From a virus (taxonomy: Duplodnaviria; Caudoviricetes), in IMG/VR virus record IMGVR_UViG_3300025915_000014, positions 1 through 64,000 of that record: a stretch of 64,000 nucleotides of DNA. One strand, given 5' to 3'. The notes below the pieces were generated by a model. The model made no database searches. It saw only the letters and a list, made by a program, of their open reading frames with translations, and was not told the origin of the DNA. Position numbers and translations under genes: made by a program. Positions 54,186 to 62,087 of this stretch are shown in pieces (the stretch's first letter is position 1; each line of letters begins with the position of its first letter).

Positions 54186-54521
54186 ATGAGCGCCAAGTCC
54201 CTCGCCGCCAAGGCCACCGTCCCCACCGTCATCCTCGGCGGTGCGGGCCTCTACCTGATCCACTACATCATCGGGCAGGTGCACTGGGCCGTCGGGCACA
54301 TGATGGCCCTCATGATCATACTGTCGATGCTGGCCGGGGTGGTGATCGTCGTCCGCCGGGCCCGCACCGCCATCCGCGACCTGCACACCGAGGAGGCGCC
54401 GCCGCGCGAGCCGCTGCCGCGACCCAACCCGGCCATCGACTACGCGCGCATCGTCGAGGAGTGGACGCCGAGCAACATCGACGCCGAGTACGAGCGGGTG
54501 ATGAAGGCGGCCCGCCGCTGA
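54186..54521 (+). CDS. Membrane protein
   Basis: Two TM segments. Confidence 0.75.
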   Translation: MSAKSLAAKATVPTVILGGAGLYLIHYIIGQVHWAVGHMMALMIILSMLAGVVIVVRRARTAIRDLHTEEAPPREPLPRPNPAIDYARIVEEWTPSNIDAEYERVMKAARR

Positions 54522-54535
54522 CCACCGACTCGCAG

Positions 54536-54568
54536 GGGGCCCGGCCGCACGCCACGCGGCCGGGCCCC
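54536..54568 (+). terminator. Hairpin terminator
   Basis: 13-bp perfect stem, 7-nt loop, followed by TT. Confidence 0.7.
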
Positions 54569-54604
54569 TTCGGTTCCAGGGTACGAGCCGCGACCATCGC
54601 AGGC

Positions 54605-54760
54605 GTGAGGCTCCTGCGCTGGCTCGGCCGCACCGTGCTGGCGGTGATCTGGCTGGCCGCGTGGTTCGTCTTCCTGACGATCTTCTTCCTGGCGTGGGAG
54701 CTGCTGCCCATCTGGTGGCCGCACGTCCTGCCCTACATCCAGCCGCTGCTACCGCGGTAG
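54605..54760 (+). CDS. Small membrane protein
   Basis: MRLLRWLGRTVLAVIWLAAWFVFLTIFFLAWELL... Confidence 0.6.
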   Translation: MRLLRWLGRTVLAVIWLAAWFVFLTIFFLAWELLPIWWPHVLPYIQPLLPR

Positions 54761-54817
54761 GCCTTGCTACGGTGGGCGCGCATGCCCACCGCAGGGAGGC
54801 AGGGATGGAGGCGGCCG

Positions 54818-55090
54818 ATGCTGGACGTGTCCGCGTACACCGGGGCGATCTCGATGGGCGCCTGCTACGAAGCCGAGACCGGCGCCACCCTCTCCGTGGA
54901 GATTTTCGAGGCCGACCAGCGGATCCGTGTCGACGCGCAGGTGCTGGGCACGATCCTCTCCGCGGGATCGCCTTGGGCCTCCTTGTCCGCGCGGCTGCTG
55001 CGGCTCGACGACGGCACCCGCACCGTGATCTACAAGCTCGACGGTTTCGACGAGGAGTCCGGCACCTTCTACTTCTCGTGGGTGGACTGA
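54818..55090 (+). CDS. hypothetical protein
   Basis: SD GGAGG then ATG 54818. Confidence 0.7.
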   Translation: MLDVSAYTGAISMGACYEAETGATLSVEIFEADQRIRVDAQVLGTILSAGSPWASLSARLLRLDDGTRTVIYKLDGFDEESGTFYFSWVD

Positions 55091-55578
55091 TGGCTGAGTA
55101 CGGCCCGGTATGGCGCGTGTATCTCGATCACCTGTGGGACAAGTTCGCCTCGACCCCGCACGACCCCACCGGGGAGGAGCTGGCGGTCTCGCTGGCGGAG
55201 GTGCGGAAGCTGGAGTTGATCGTCCCGGCGACCGCGGAGGTGATCGCCGACTCCGAGATGCGGTGGCGCGAACAAACCGCGGCGGAGCGCGCGGACTACG
55301 CGGTGCGCGCGGCCGAGCGGCGCGGGCTGCTGCGGCACCGTCTCGCCCGCCATGAGGAGATCGTCGAAGCGGGCGGCATCGTCGGGAAGGTCGCGGCGAT
55401 GCACGGCCCCCACTTCGGGTACGCCACCGACCATCCGCCGGTGACACCGCGGTACACCACCCCGCACTGCGAGGGCTGCGAGTTCGCCGGGTACGAGGCG
55501 GAGGCCCCGGACTGGCCGTGCGAAACGTGGTGCGTGATCGAGGAGGCGACCCGGGCCCGTGATCCTGGCGTCGTGTAA
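55090..55578 (+). CDS. hypothetical protein with C-terminal H...CxxC...WPC.T motif
   Basis: TGATG overlap. Confidence 0.7.
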   Translation: MAEYGPVWRVYLDHLWDKFASTPHDPTGEELAVSLAEVRKLELIVPATAEVIADSEMRWREQTAAERADYAVRAAERRGLLRHRLARHEEIVEAGGIVGKVAAMHGPHFGYATDHPPVTPRYTTPHCEGCEFAGYEAEAPDWPCETWCVIEEATRARDPGVV

Positions 55579-55732
55579 CGGTGCGCCCGCCGCGCTCGGG
55601 CTGGGTCTGTTCCTCGTCGTGCTGGCGTTGTCGATGCTCGCCTGGATCGTGCTCGACGAGGCCGGGATCGGGTGCGCCGTGCTGCTGCTGCTGATCCTGT
55701 TTGTGTTCGTGCATGGCGTGCTCGGATGCTGA
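55559..55732 (+). CDS. Small two-TM membrane protein
   Basis: MILASCNGAPAALGLGLFLVVLALSMLAWIV...; GAGGAGG upstream; not in ORF track. Confidence 0.55.
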   Translation: MILASCNGAPAALGLGLFLVVLALSMLAWIVLDEAGIGCAVLLLLILFVFVHGVLGC

Positions 55733-55745
55733 CCGCGAGGAGGCC

Positions 55746-55886
55746 GTGATGTTGGTCGGTTGGGTCGTCGAGGTGCAGCCCGGGTGGGAGGTCCACGTTG
55801 CCGCCGAGTTCGACGATGACGATGACGCCCTGTCGTTCGCGACCCGCGTCCGGGCGATCTTGGACGCGCTTCGCGAGGAGGAGTGA
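55746..55886 (+). CDS. Small acidic hypothetical protein
   Basis: SD GAGGAGG. Confidence 0.6.
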   Translation: MMLVGWVVEVQPGWEVHVAAEFDDDDDALSFATRVRAILDALREEE

Positions 55887-55990
55887 TGCCGGGTTGGGTG
55901 TGGCTGCTGATCGGGATCGTGCTCGGCGGGGTCGGGGTGATGATCTGGGGCTTCGTCTGGGTGCTGCGCAACAACCCGTGGGGGCAGTGA
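55886..55990 (+). CDS. Small membrane peptide (34 aa)
   Basis: MPGWVWLLIGIVLGGVGVMIWGFVWVLRNNPWGQ; TGATG overlaps both ends. Confidence 0.6.
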   Translation: MPGWVWLLIGIVLGGVGVMIWGFVWVLRNNPWGQ

Positions 55991-56166
55991 TGAGCCGCCG
56001 CTTCCCCCACCAGATGATCTGCCCCGACTGTGATCTGCTGGTGTTCGGCAACCGGCACACCGGCATGCTGCGGGCCCACCGGCGGCAGGCCATCGACGCC
56101 GGGCGACCGCACGCGGCGTGCGTGAAGCGCGAGCGGCTGGTCCGCAACTTCCGGCGCGGCCGATGA
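55990..56166 (+). CDS. hypothetical protein (CPDC...H...C)
   Basis: TGATG overlap. Confidence 0.6.
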   Translation: MSRRFPHQMICPDCDLLVFGNRHTGMLRAHRRQAIDAGRPHAACVKRERLVRNFRRGR

Positions 56167-56188
56167 CCCGCCGGATCCGCCGGGTGGC

Positions 56189-56395
56189 GTGGCGCCGGGA
56201 GTGGATCACCCGATGATCGTCGAGGAGTGGAAGATCACACTGATGGACGGCACGACCGAGGAGGTCACTGGTGAGCTGCGGATCAATGACGGTGTCCTGT
56301 GGATCACAGACCGGAACCCGGGTTACAACATCATCCATGGTCAGGTGGCCTATCCGCTCACGTCGGTGGTGAAGTGGGAAAAGATCACCCGATGA
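56189..56395 (+). CDS. hypothetical protein
   Basis: ORF track; beta-rich. Confidence 0.65.
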   Translation: MAPGVDHPMIVEEWKITLMDGTTEEVTGELRINDGVLWITDRNPGYNIIHGQVAYPLTSVVKWEKITR

Positions 56396-56450
56396 TTTCT
56401 AGTGGATCTGGCAGCAGGTTGGATCGGCACATGGCCGAGGCACATCACCG

Positions 56451-56576
56451 GTGACCGGGCTCGCCGTGTTCTCCGTCGGCATCGCCGCCGTCGCGCTCGT
56501 GTTCATCTGGTACCGCGACGAGCTGATCTCCACCGCGCGGACCGCCGCCCGCATGATCCGAAGGAGACGAGGATGA
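56451..56576 (+). CDS. Small membrane peptide
   Basis: MTGLAVFSVGIAAVALVFIWYRDEL...; ATGA overlap. Confidence 0.5.
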   Translation: MTGLAVFSVGIAAVALVFIWYRDELISTARTAARMIRRRRG

Positions 56577-57007
56577 GCCGCCGCCAGGCCAGCATCGCGT
56601 TGCGCCGCCCCTGCCTGCTGTCGGTGGAGACGTCGCACCCCCGCTACGCCGAGCGCGACCCATCCGGATACAAGATCGTGCTCACCGTCGACACGGGCTA
56701 CGGCTGAATTGAGAACGACTACGGCGGGCCGGTCTGGCACGTCTCGGTTTCGGCCCGTGTGCCCTACGTGGGCCGCACGATGTGCGAGGGGCGGGCGCTG
56801 GCCGCGCTCCTCGGGTTGGGCGCCGTGCGGGCCGGTGAGTGGCGCGAGTGGACGGGCGTTGCGTTCCACATCCGCCGCCGGTTGGCCGTGGGGGAGGCCC
56901 GCGGGCTGGAGATCCGCGATATCCGCGGCACCGACGAAGCGCGGCGGCGGGCCCTCGCGATGGGCCCCCTGATGTTCGAGATGGCGAAGCGGATCGGAGA
57001 GGTGTGA
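56573..57007 (+). pseudogene. ORF interrupted by one in-frame TGA (56705-56707)
   Basis: Same frame reads ..LTVDTGYG*IENDYGGPVWHVSVS.. through to 57007; SD AGGAG at start. Confidence 0.55.
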
Positions 57008-57096
57008 GCCTCCTCAAGGCGTGCGCGTTGATCGCCGTGTGGGCGGTGTGCGTGGTGGTGTTGGTCGGCGCCCTGGTGTTGGCCGCGGTGCGGTAG
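57004..57096 (+). CDS. Small membrane peptide (30 aa)
   Basis: GTGA overlap; hydrophobic. Confidence 0.5.
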   Translation: MSLLKACALIAVWAVCVVVLVGALVLAAVR

Positions 57097-57104
57097 AAGA
57101 CGCG

Positions 57105-57130
57105 GCAGCCCCCGCCGTGGCGGGGGCTGC
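57105..57130. terminator. Bidirectional hairpin terminator
   Basis: GCAGCCCCCGCC-GT-GGCGGGGGCTGC between convergent genes. Confidence 0.7.
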
Positions 57131-57140
57131 GCGGGCCCGG

Positions 57141-57515
57141 TCAGAAGGCGGCCAGGAAGGCGGCTGGGTCGAGGAACCGCTTGAAGGTGCGCAGGGTGTC
57201 CAGGGCGGCGCGGCGGGTCTGCTCCTGTACGGCCATGTCGACCAGGGCGGAGCCGCGGGAGGTGTCGCTGAGCACGCGGGCCAGGGCGTCGCCCAGGGCC
57301 TCGGCCCCACCCTTGCGGGCGACCCGCAGGAACCGGAGGGTGGCCTCGGCCTGCAAGCCGTCCTCGGCGCTCCACCGCAGGAAGTCGCTGACGGGGCGGG
57401 CGGCGAAGGAGTCGCGGGCGGCGTCGAGGGTGCGCTGGGTGGTGCGCTCGGTGAAGTCCACGGTGAGGGCGAAGTCGTCGGTGGTGGTGGGGGCGGTGGC
57501 GGCGGTCGTTGTCAT
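57141..57515 (-). CDS. hypothetical protein (leaderless)
   Basis: ATG six nt after CAACGT -10. Confidence 0.75.
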   Translation of the reverse strand: MTTTAATAPTTTDDFALTVDFTERTTQRTLDAARDSFAARPVSDFLRWSAEDGLQAEATLRFLRVARKGGAEALGDALARVLSDTSRGSALVDMAVQEQTRRAALDTLRTFKRFLDPAAFLAAF

Positions 57516-57521
57516 ACCTCA

Positions 57522-57571
57522 ACGTTGCGCGCCGGGCGCGCAGACTTCAAGATGTTCGAGCAAGATTCTTC
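57522..57571 (-). promoter_or_regulatory. Promoter cassette with palindromic operator
   Basis: Minus strand TTGAAG-17 bp-CAACGT; palindrome 57527-57541; upstream 15-mer shared with 57915-57929. Confidence 0.75.
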
Positions 57572-57589
57572 TCGCCCCCCGACAACACG

Positions 57590-57625
57590 GGCCGGGCCCT
57601 CGTCGCGTCTAACGAGGGCCCGGCC
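57590..57625 (-). terminator. Hairpin terminator
   Basis: 14-bp perfect stem, 8-nt loop, after stop at 57663. Confidence 0.65.
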
Positions 57626-57662
57626 GCGGGGTGCCTACCACTAGGCAGGTGCAGGCTACCCG

Positions 57663-57872
57663 TCAGATGCCGGTCAGCAGGTCGGTGGTCATCCAGGACT
57701 CCGCCGGGCGGCCGAAGTGCTGCTCGGTCCACTCGACGAACGCCTGCCCGGTCTTGGTCGCGCGCACCTGCCCGGTCCGGCCGCTGATGTTGTGGGTGAC
57801 CCGCTGGCCAACGGTGGGGGTCCAGATCGGTCCGTGTCCGGGGCAGGCGGTGGGGGTGGCGGTTGCGCTCAT
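57663..57872 (-). CDS. Small SH3/KOW-like hypothetical protein (leaderless)
   Basis: VGQRVTH..GRTGQV....VEW. Confidence 0.7.
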   Translation of the reverse strand: MSATATPTACPGHGPIWTPTVGQRVTHNISGRTGQVRATKTGQAFVEWTEQHFGRPAESWMTTDLLTGI

Positions 57873-57878
57873 GACAAC

Positions 57879-57929
57879 AGCTTGCGCGCCGGGCGCGCGC
57901 GCTTCAAGGAGTTCCGAGCAAGATTCTTC
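57879..57929 (-). promoter_or_regulatory. Promoter cassette with palindromic operator
   Basis: Minus strand TTGAAG-17 bp-CAAGCT-6 bp-ATG; palindrome 57884-57898. Confidence 0.75.
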
Positions 57930-58113
57930 ATTCCTCGGTGGGCTGCTCCTCGCCCTCGATGACGAGGGCCTGGATCCAGGCGGGCAGCTCCTCGAACGTG
58001 TCGCACCCGTCCGCCTCGTTGCCCAGCCGTTCCCGCTTCGCCAGCGGCAGCCGCCCGACGGGGAGCATGTGCAGCGCGAACGCGATGCGTGCCGACAACT
58101 CGGGGGTCATCAC
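57928..58113 (-). CDS. hypothetical protein
   Basis: GTGA overlap; SD AGGAGG. Confidence 0.65.
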   Translation of the reverse strand: MMTPELSARIAFALHMLPVGRLPLAKRERLGNEADGCDTFEELPAWIQALVIEGEEQPTEE

Positions 58114-58865
58114 GCCGCCTCCTGCACAACCAGCGCGGTCCGATTGAAGACCACGTAGTACTTATCGAGGTTCAGCGCGTCATAGCCGAGCAGCGTCGCC
58201 ACCTTCCCCGGATCATCGCCCACCATCGCCTTGACCTCGTCGGGCAGATCCTTGGTCGCCGCCCGCAGGTCCGCGTACTCGGCGATGCGCGCATCCGGTT
58301 TGAGCGCCATGGACAGCACGCCGCTCTCGTCGCTGTGGGCGTACTCGATCGCATTCGACTTCTCGACGTCGGTGTAGATGCCGTTGCCGAACAGGCCCAG
58401 CCCGGCGAACGCCTCGTCGCCGCTGCGGAAGCCCTCGGCGAACTCCGCGCCCGTGGTGCCCGCGTCGGCGTGCAGTCCGCGGTACACCCGGATGTGATCG
58501 TCGCCGAGCGCGTTGAAGTCGGCGGCGGACACCACGGTCGGCTTCCCGTCGAAGCCCTGCTGGCGCCACATCTCGGCGAGGCGGGGATCGCTGCGGTTCT
58601 CCTCGCGCGGATGCTCCATGACCTTTGCGATGTCGGCGCCGGTCCAGTGTGCGGCGCTGGTCCGCCCGGCCGCGTGGTAGTGCCCGCCGACACCGCTGAA
58701 GCCGACGTCGGTCCACTGCCCGTGCGGATCACGCGGCTGGTGGGGATTGAACTCGGGCCTACCGCGGCCGATGGGGCGGTCGCTGATCGCCGCGTACTGG
58801 GCGCGGATGCGTTCCCGACGCGCCCACAGTGCCCGCAGGTCCGCCAAGGTTGCCGGGGTTGTCAT
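58110..58865 (-). CDS. ADP-ribosyltransferase-like domain protein with N-terminal PRDxxGxW motif
   Basis: FNPHQPRDPHGQWT; RVYRG; FGNGIYT...AIEYA; GYDAL; YVVFNRTAL. Confidence 0.65.
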   Translation of the reverse strand: MTTPATLADLRALWARRERIRAQYAAISDRPIGRGRPEFNPHQPRDPHGQWTDVGFSGVGGHYHAAGRTSAAHWTGADIAKVMEHPREENRSDPRLAEMWRQQGFDGKPTVVSAADFNALGDDHIRVYRGLHADAGTTGAEFAEGFRSGDEAFAGLGLFGNGIYTDVEKSNAIEYAHSDESGVLSMALKPDARIAEYADLRAATKDLPDEVKAMVGDDPGKVATLLGYDALNLDKYYVVFNRTALVVQEAA

Positions 58866-58887
58866 CGCCGCCGTCCTCCCCACTCAG

Positions 58888-60462
58888 TCACTCGATGTCG
58901 AGCGCTCCCTCATCGTCATCCCCGGCCGGATCCGGCAGGTCGATCTGCTCATCGAGCTGGTTACGGGCCGCCGCCGCCCGACCATCCCCCTTCACGAAGA
59001 TCAGCACCGTCTGGTGGGTGTGCACCGCCTTCCGCGACGCCGTGAACTGCCGGTTCGCCGCCATCGCCGCCGAGCCCACCATGTTGACCAAGATGTGCTC
59101 GGCGTAGAAGTCCAGCCCCAGCTTCCCCATGACCCCGATGGTGTCCGGTACGAAGCCGTAGTAGGCGCCGTGCCCCCGCCTCGACCTGACCTCCCCGACC
59201 GTGAGCACCGCGAACGAATCATCGGCGAGCATCGCCACCGCCGCCGCGAGACACGCCCGGAAGCCCTTGAGGAACGCCGGATACGCCATCGTCGACAGGT
59301 CCGCCGGATCGTCCGAGTACACCTCCAGGTCCGCGTACGGCGGGCACGTGAACAGCAGGTCCGCGCGCGGCGGCGCCGGGTCGAAGTTGCCGCGCAGATC
59401 CCGCGAGTCCCCGCCCACCCAGACCGGCGGCGGCGCGTCCCCCGCCAGATGACCACCGGCGCCGATGGTCGCCCATTGGGCGTGGTTGGCCTCCACCTGC
59501 TCCGCGCGCAGCTCGCCCCCGAAGTAGCGGCGGCCCAGCGCGGCGGCCACCACCCCGCGCACGCTGCCGCCCGCGAACGGGTCGATGACCACCCCGCCGG
59601 GCGGGCAGTACCAGCGGTACACCAGCTCGCACAACACCGGGTCGAAGATGCTGGTGCCCGACGTGATCGCCGAATCCGGGGCGTCGTAGTAGCGGCGCAC
59701 ATACTCCGCCGTCCCCAGCTCCCGCCCGAGCTCGGCCTCCTTCGCGGTCTTCTTGTCGTAGAAGTCGGGGTCGCGGCGCTCCGCGGAGTTGAAGACGATG
59801 CCGCGCCCGTCCTCGGTGCCCCGCCCCACCTCGGATGTGATGCCCAGCGCCAGCCACGACTTCTTCCGGGCCTGCCAGTAGCCCTGCCGGGTGTCGAGCA
59901 CCGTGAACGGCGGCACCCCGAACCGCTCCTGAAGGTTCACCGGCTCCGCCCGCGGTGAGCCCGTGCCGTCGCCCCAGTCCTCGCCGCCGAGCCGTTCCAG
60001 CTCCGCGGACAGGTCCGCGAGATCGTCGGTGGTATAGCCGATGATGTCCACCAGCTCGGCGTCCGCCTTCGCCACCGCCTCCAGGATGGCGACCAGCCCG
60101 CCCGGGTCGTCCCAGCCCCCGATCTCCGACAGCCGGTTGAGCGCCACCAGGGCGGCTTCGGCGTCCACATCCGAGCGGGACGCCCAGCCGCGGGTGACCG
60201 GCCAGTACCAGTCCTCCCCGCGTAGCTCGACACCCTCCGGCGGGGACTGGCCCGCCTCCATCATCGCGATCAGCCCGTCGAGGCGGCCGTGCCCGGCGAC
60301 CAACCTGCCGGTGCGCTCGTCCAGCACGCCGGGGTCCATGAAGCCGAACCGGTCCATGGCGCGCTCGATGCGGTCGCCGTCGTGGCCCTTCGGGTTGCGG
60401 GGCGCCCGCACCATCGACTTGATCGACATGTATTCGGTGCGGAGCAGCAGCGGGGTCGACAT
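58888..60462 (-). CDS. ParB-like N-terminal domain fused to amino-DNA methyltransferase
   Basis: RNP..H, FGF..P, LVAGHGRL; DPFAGGS (motif I), TCPPY (motif IV). Confidence 0.85.
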   Translation of the reverse strand: MSTPLLLRTEYMSIKSMVRAPRNPKGHDGDRIERAMDRFGFMDPGVLDERTGRLVAGHGRLDGLIAMMEAGQSPPEGVELRGEDWYWPVTRGWASRSDVDAEAALVALNRLSEIGGWDDPGGLVAILEAVAKADAELVDIIGYTTDDLADLSAELERLGGEDWGDGTGSPRAEPVNLQERFGVPPFTVLDTRQGYWQARKKSWLALGITSEVGRGTEDGRGIVFNSAERRDPDFYDKKTAKEAELGRELGTAEYVRRYYDAPDSAITSGTSIFDPVLCELVYRWYCPPGGVVIDPFAGGSVRGVVAAALGRRYFGGELRAEQVEANHAQWATIGAGGHLAGDAPPPVWVGGDSRDLRGNFDPAPPRADLLFTCPPYADLEVYSDDPADLSTMAYPAFLKGFRACLAAAVAMLADDSFAVLTVGEVRSRRGHGAYYGFVPDTIGVMGKLGLDFYAEHILVNMVGSAAMAANRQFTASRKAVHTHQTVLIFVKGDGRAAAARNQLDEQIDLPDPAGDDDEGALDIE

Positions 60463-60540
60463 CCGCCCACCTCAGCACGCCCCCGGATACACACCGGTAG
60501 CCGCGGCCCGGCGTGTCTCCCCGGGTGCGACCATGCGGCC

Positions 60541-60702
60541 GTGCCGTTCTACTCCAAGGCCCAGTGGCGCTGGGCCTTCGCGAACCACAAGAGCTGGGCG
60601 CACAAGTCCGCCCACCACACCAAGGGCGGCCCCAAGGTGCGCTACCGGCGGCTGCCGCGACGTTCGGCCCGCAGCGGCGGCCGTGGCCGACGTCGCCGCT
60701 AG
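60541..60702 (+). CDS. Small very basic protein
   Basis: MPFYSKAQWRWAFANHKSWAHKSAHHTK...RRRR. Confidence 0.65.
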   Translation: MPFYSKAQWRWAFANHKSWAHKSAHHTKGGPKVRYRRLPRRSARSGGRGRRRR

Positions 60703-60844
60703 CCGTGCGCACCGGCCTGGACGAACCCCCCGCCCGACAGCGGGCGCTCGACCGTTTGCTGCCCGCCCCGCTGATGCTCGGGTTCCTGATCTTCGCGTTG
60801 CGCGTCGTCGACCTGGTGATCAAAGCCCGGGTTACCCTCCGCGC

Positions 60845-61387
60845 GTGCCGTTCGACCCACCCGCCGCCCCCATTGCGGTCGCCCGGGTCGACGACACCAC
60901 CTGGCGATTGCTGAGCCCTATCACCTACTACGGCAGCAGCGAGGCGTGGTCTGTCCCGTCTGGATTCCTCACCGACTTCGCCTCCGCCCCGCGAGTCACC
61001 GCGTGGCTCGTGCCCCGGACCGGCGCCTACACCGCCGCGGCGGTCGTGCACGACTGGCTCTGCTCCGTCGCGGTCGTCGAGGGCTGGATCTCCCCGTCCG
61101 ATGCCGACGGGGTGTTCAGGCGGATCCTCGGCGAGCAAGGTGTCCGCCCCGTTCTGCGCTGGTGCATGTGGAGCGGAGTCAGATGGGGAGCGCTGCTCAA
61201 TCGCACCCGCCGCCCGGGCTGGTGGCACGACGCCCCGAAGGTGATCCTGGTGTCGCTGGTGGCGGCACCGCTGCTCCTCCCCGCCGGGATCGGGGTCGGG
61301 TTCGGCTGGCTCTGCTACCGGATCGCTGAGTGGTTGGGGTCGGCGATCGCGGAGTTCCGGCAGGACAAGGAGGACCGGCATGGCTAA
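60845..61387 (+). CDS. DUF1353 domain protein
   Basis: VPSGFLTDFASAP, AAVVHDWL, ADGVF, W.GVR; TACCCT -10 six nt upstream. Confidence 0.85.
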   Translation: MPFDPPAAPIAVARVDDTTWRLLSPITYYGSSEAWSVPSGFLTDFASAPRVTAWLVPRTGAYTAAAVVHDWLCSVAVVEGWISPSDADGVFRRILGEQGVRPVLRWCMWSGVRWGALLNRTRRPGWWHDAPKVILVSLVAAPLLLPAGIGVGFGWLCYRIAEWLGSAIAEFRQDKEDRHG

Positions 61388-61547
61388 GCCGCGGTTAGGC
61401 AGCGGGAAGCGGTTCGCCGCGCTGCGCCGGAAGGGTCTCAGCCCGGCATTGGCTGCGCACATCGGCCGGAAGAAGCACGGGGCCGCGAAGATGGCGAAGA
61501 TGTCCGCGGCCGGGCGGAAGCGGGCCGCGCGGCGCCGCAAGGGGTAG
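61380..61547 (+). CDS. Small very basic protein
   Basis: MAKPRLGSGKRFAALRRKGLSPALAAHIGRKKHG...; SD AGGAGG; not in ORF track. Confidence 0.7.
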   Translation: MAKPRLGSGKRFAALRRKGLSPALAAHIGRKKHGAAKMAKMSAAGRKRAARRRKG

Positions 61548-61612
61548 CGCTCGCTGCTCGGGGCGCGCGTCGTAACCTCCGGCGTGGCCTGCATGCCGCA
61601 AAGATCCTTCGC

Positions 61613-61810
61613 ATGGGCGAGGAGATCCGGTGGATGACCATTCCGGACATTGCGAGGTGCTGTCGCGTCTCGCCGAGAACGGTGGAGGGTTGGCGGCTCC
61701 GCGGCAAGGGCCCGCCGTTCTTCCGGGTCGTGGGGCGCGTGGTGTGCGACCGTCGGGACTTCGAGATATGGCTGGAGGGGTGCCGACGACGCGACGACGA
61801 CGCTGAGTAA
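61613..61810 (+). CDS. Excisionase/AlpA-like helix-turn-helix protein
   Basis: MTIPDIARCCRVSPRTVEGWRLRGKGPPF.RV.GRV. Confidence 0.8.
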   Translation: MGEEIRWMTIPDIARCCRVSPRTVEGWRLRGKGPPFFRVVGRVVCDRRDFEIWLEGCRRRDDDAE

Positions 61811-61830
61811 CACCGACGTTGGACGGAGCT

Positions 61831-61964
61831 GCGTAGTGCCGCGTAGCGCTGCGTAGTGATTATCAACAACTAGCTTTCACCGGCTATAACCAGACCGCAC
61901 CCGATGTCACCGAGCGTCACGATCCCCGGAGCGGGTCGGCGTAGCGGCGCGTATCGCCGCGTAG
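61831..61964 (+). repeat. Two triplets of 10-bp-phased GCGTA(G/T) repeats flanking an AT-rich segment
   Basis: GCGTAG at 61831, 61841, 61851; GCGTAG/GCGTAT/GCGTAG at 61939, 61949, 61959. Confidence 0.75.
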
Positions 61965-62087
61965 CTGACCTGCGACATTGTCGGTGGGGGGGTGTAGCGT
62001 CCGGGTTCGCGATCACCAGCCGTAACTGTTCGAGCGACCCGGGGGCCGGAATCCCCCGGGTCGTCACCCGAAACATTGGAGGGACCA

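Noticed and set aside
58888-59700. Restriction-modification or plasmid partition system
   Set aside because: No cognate endonuclease adjacent and no ParA ATPase; the ParB-like domain is fused to the MTase
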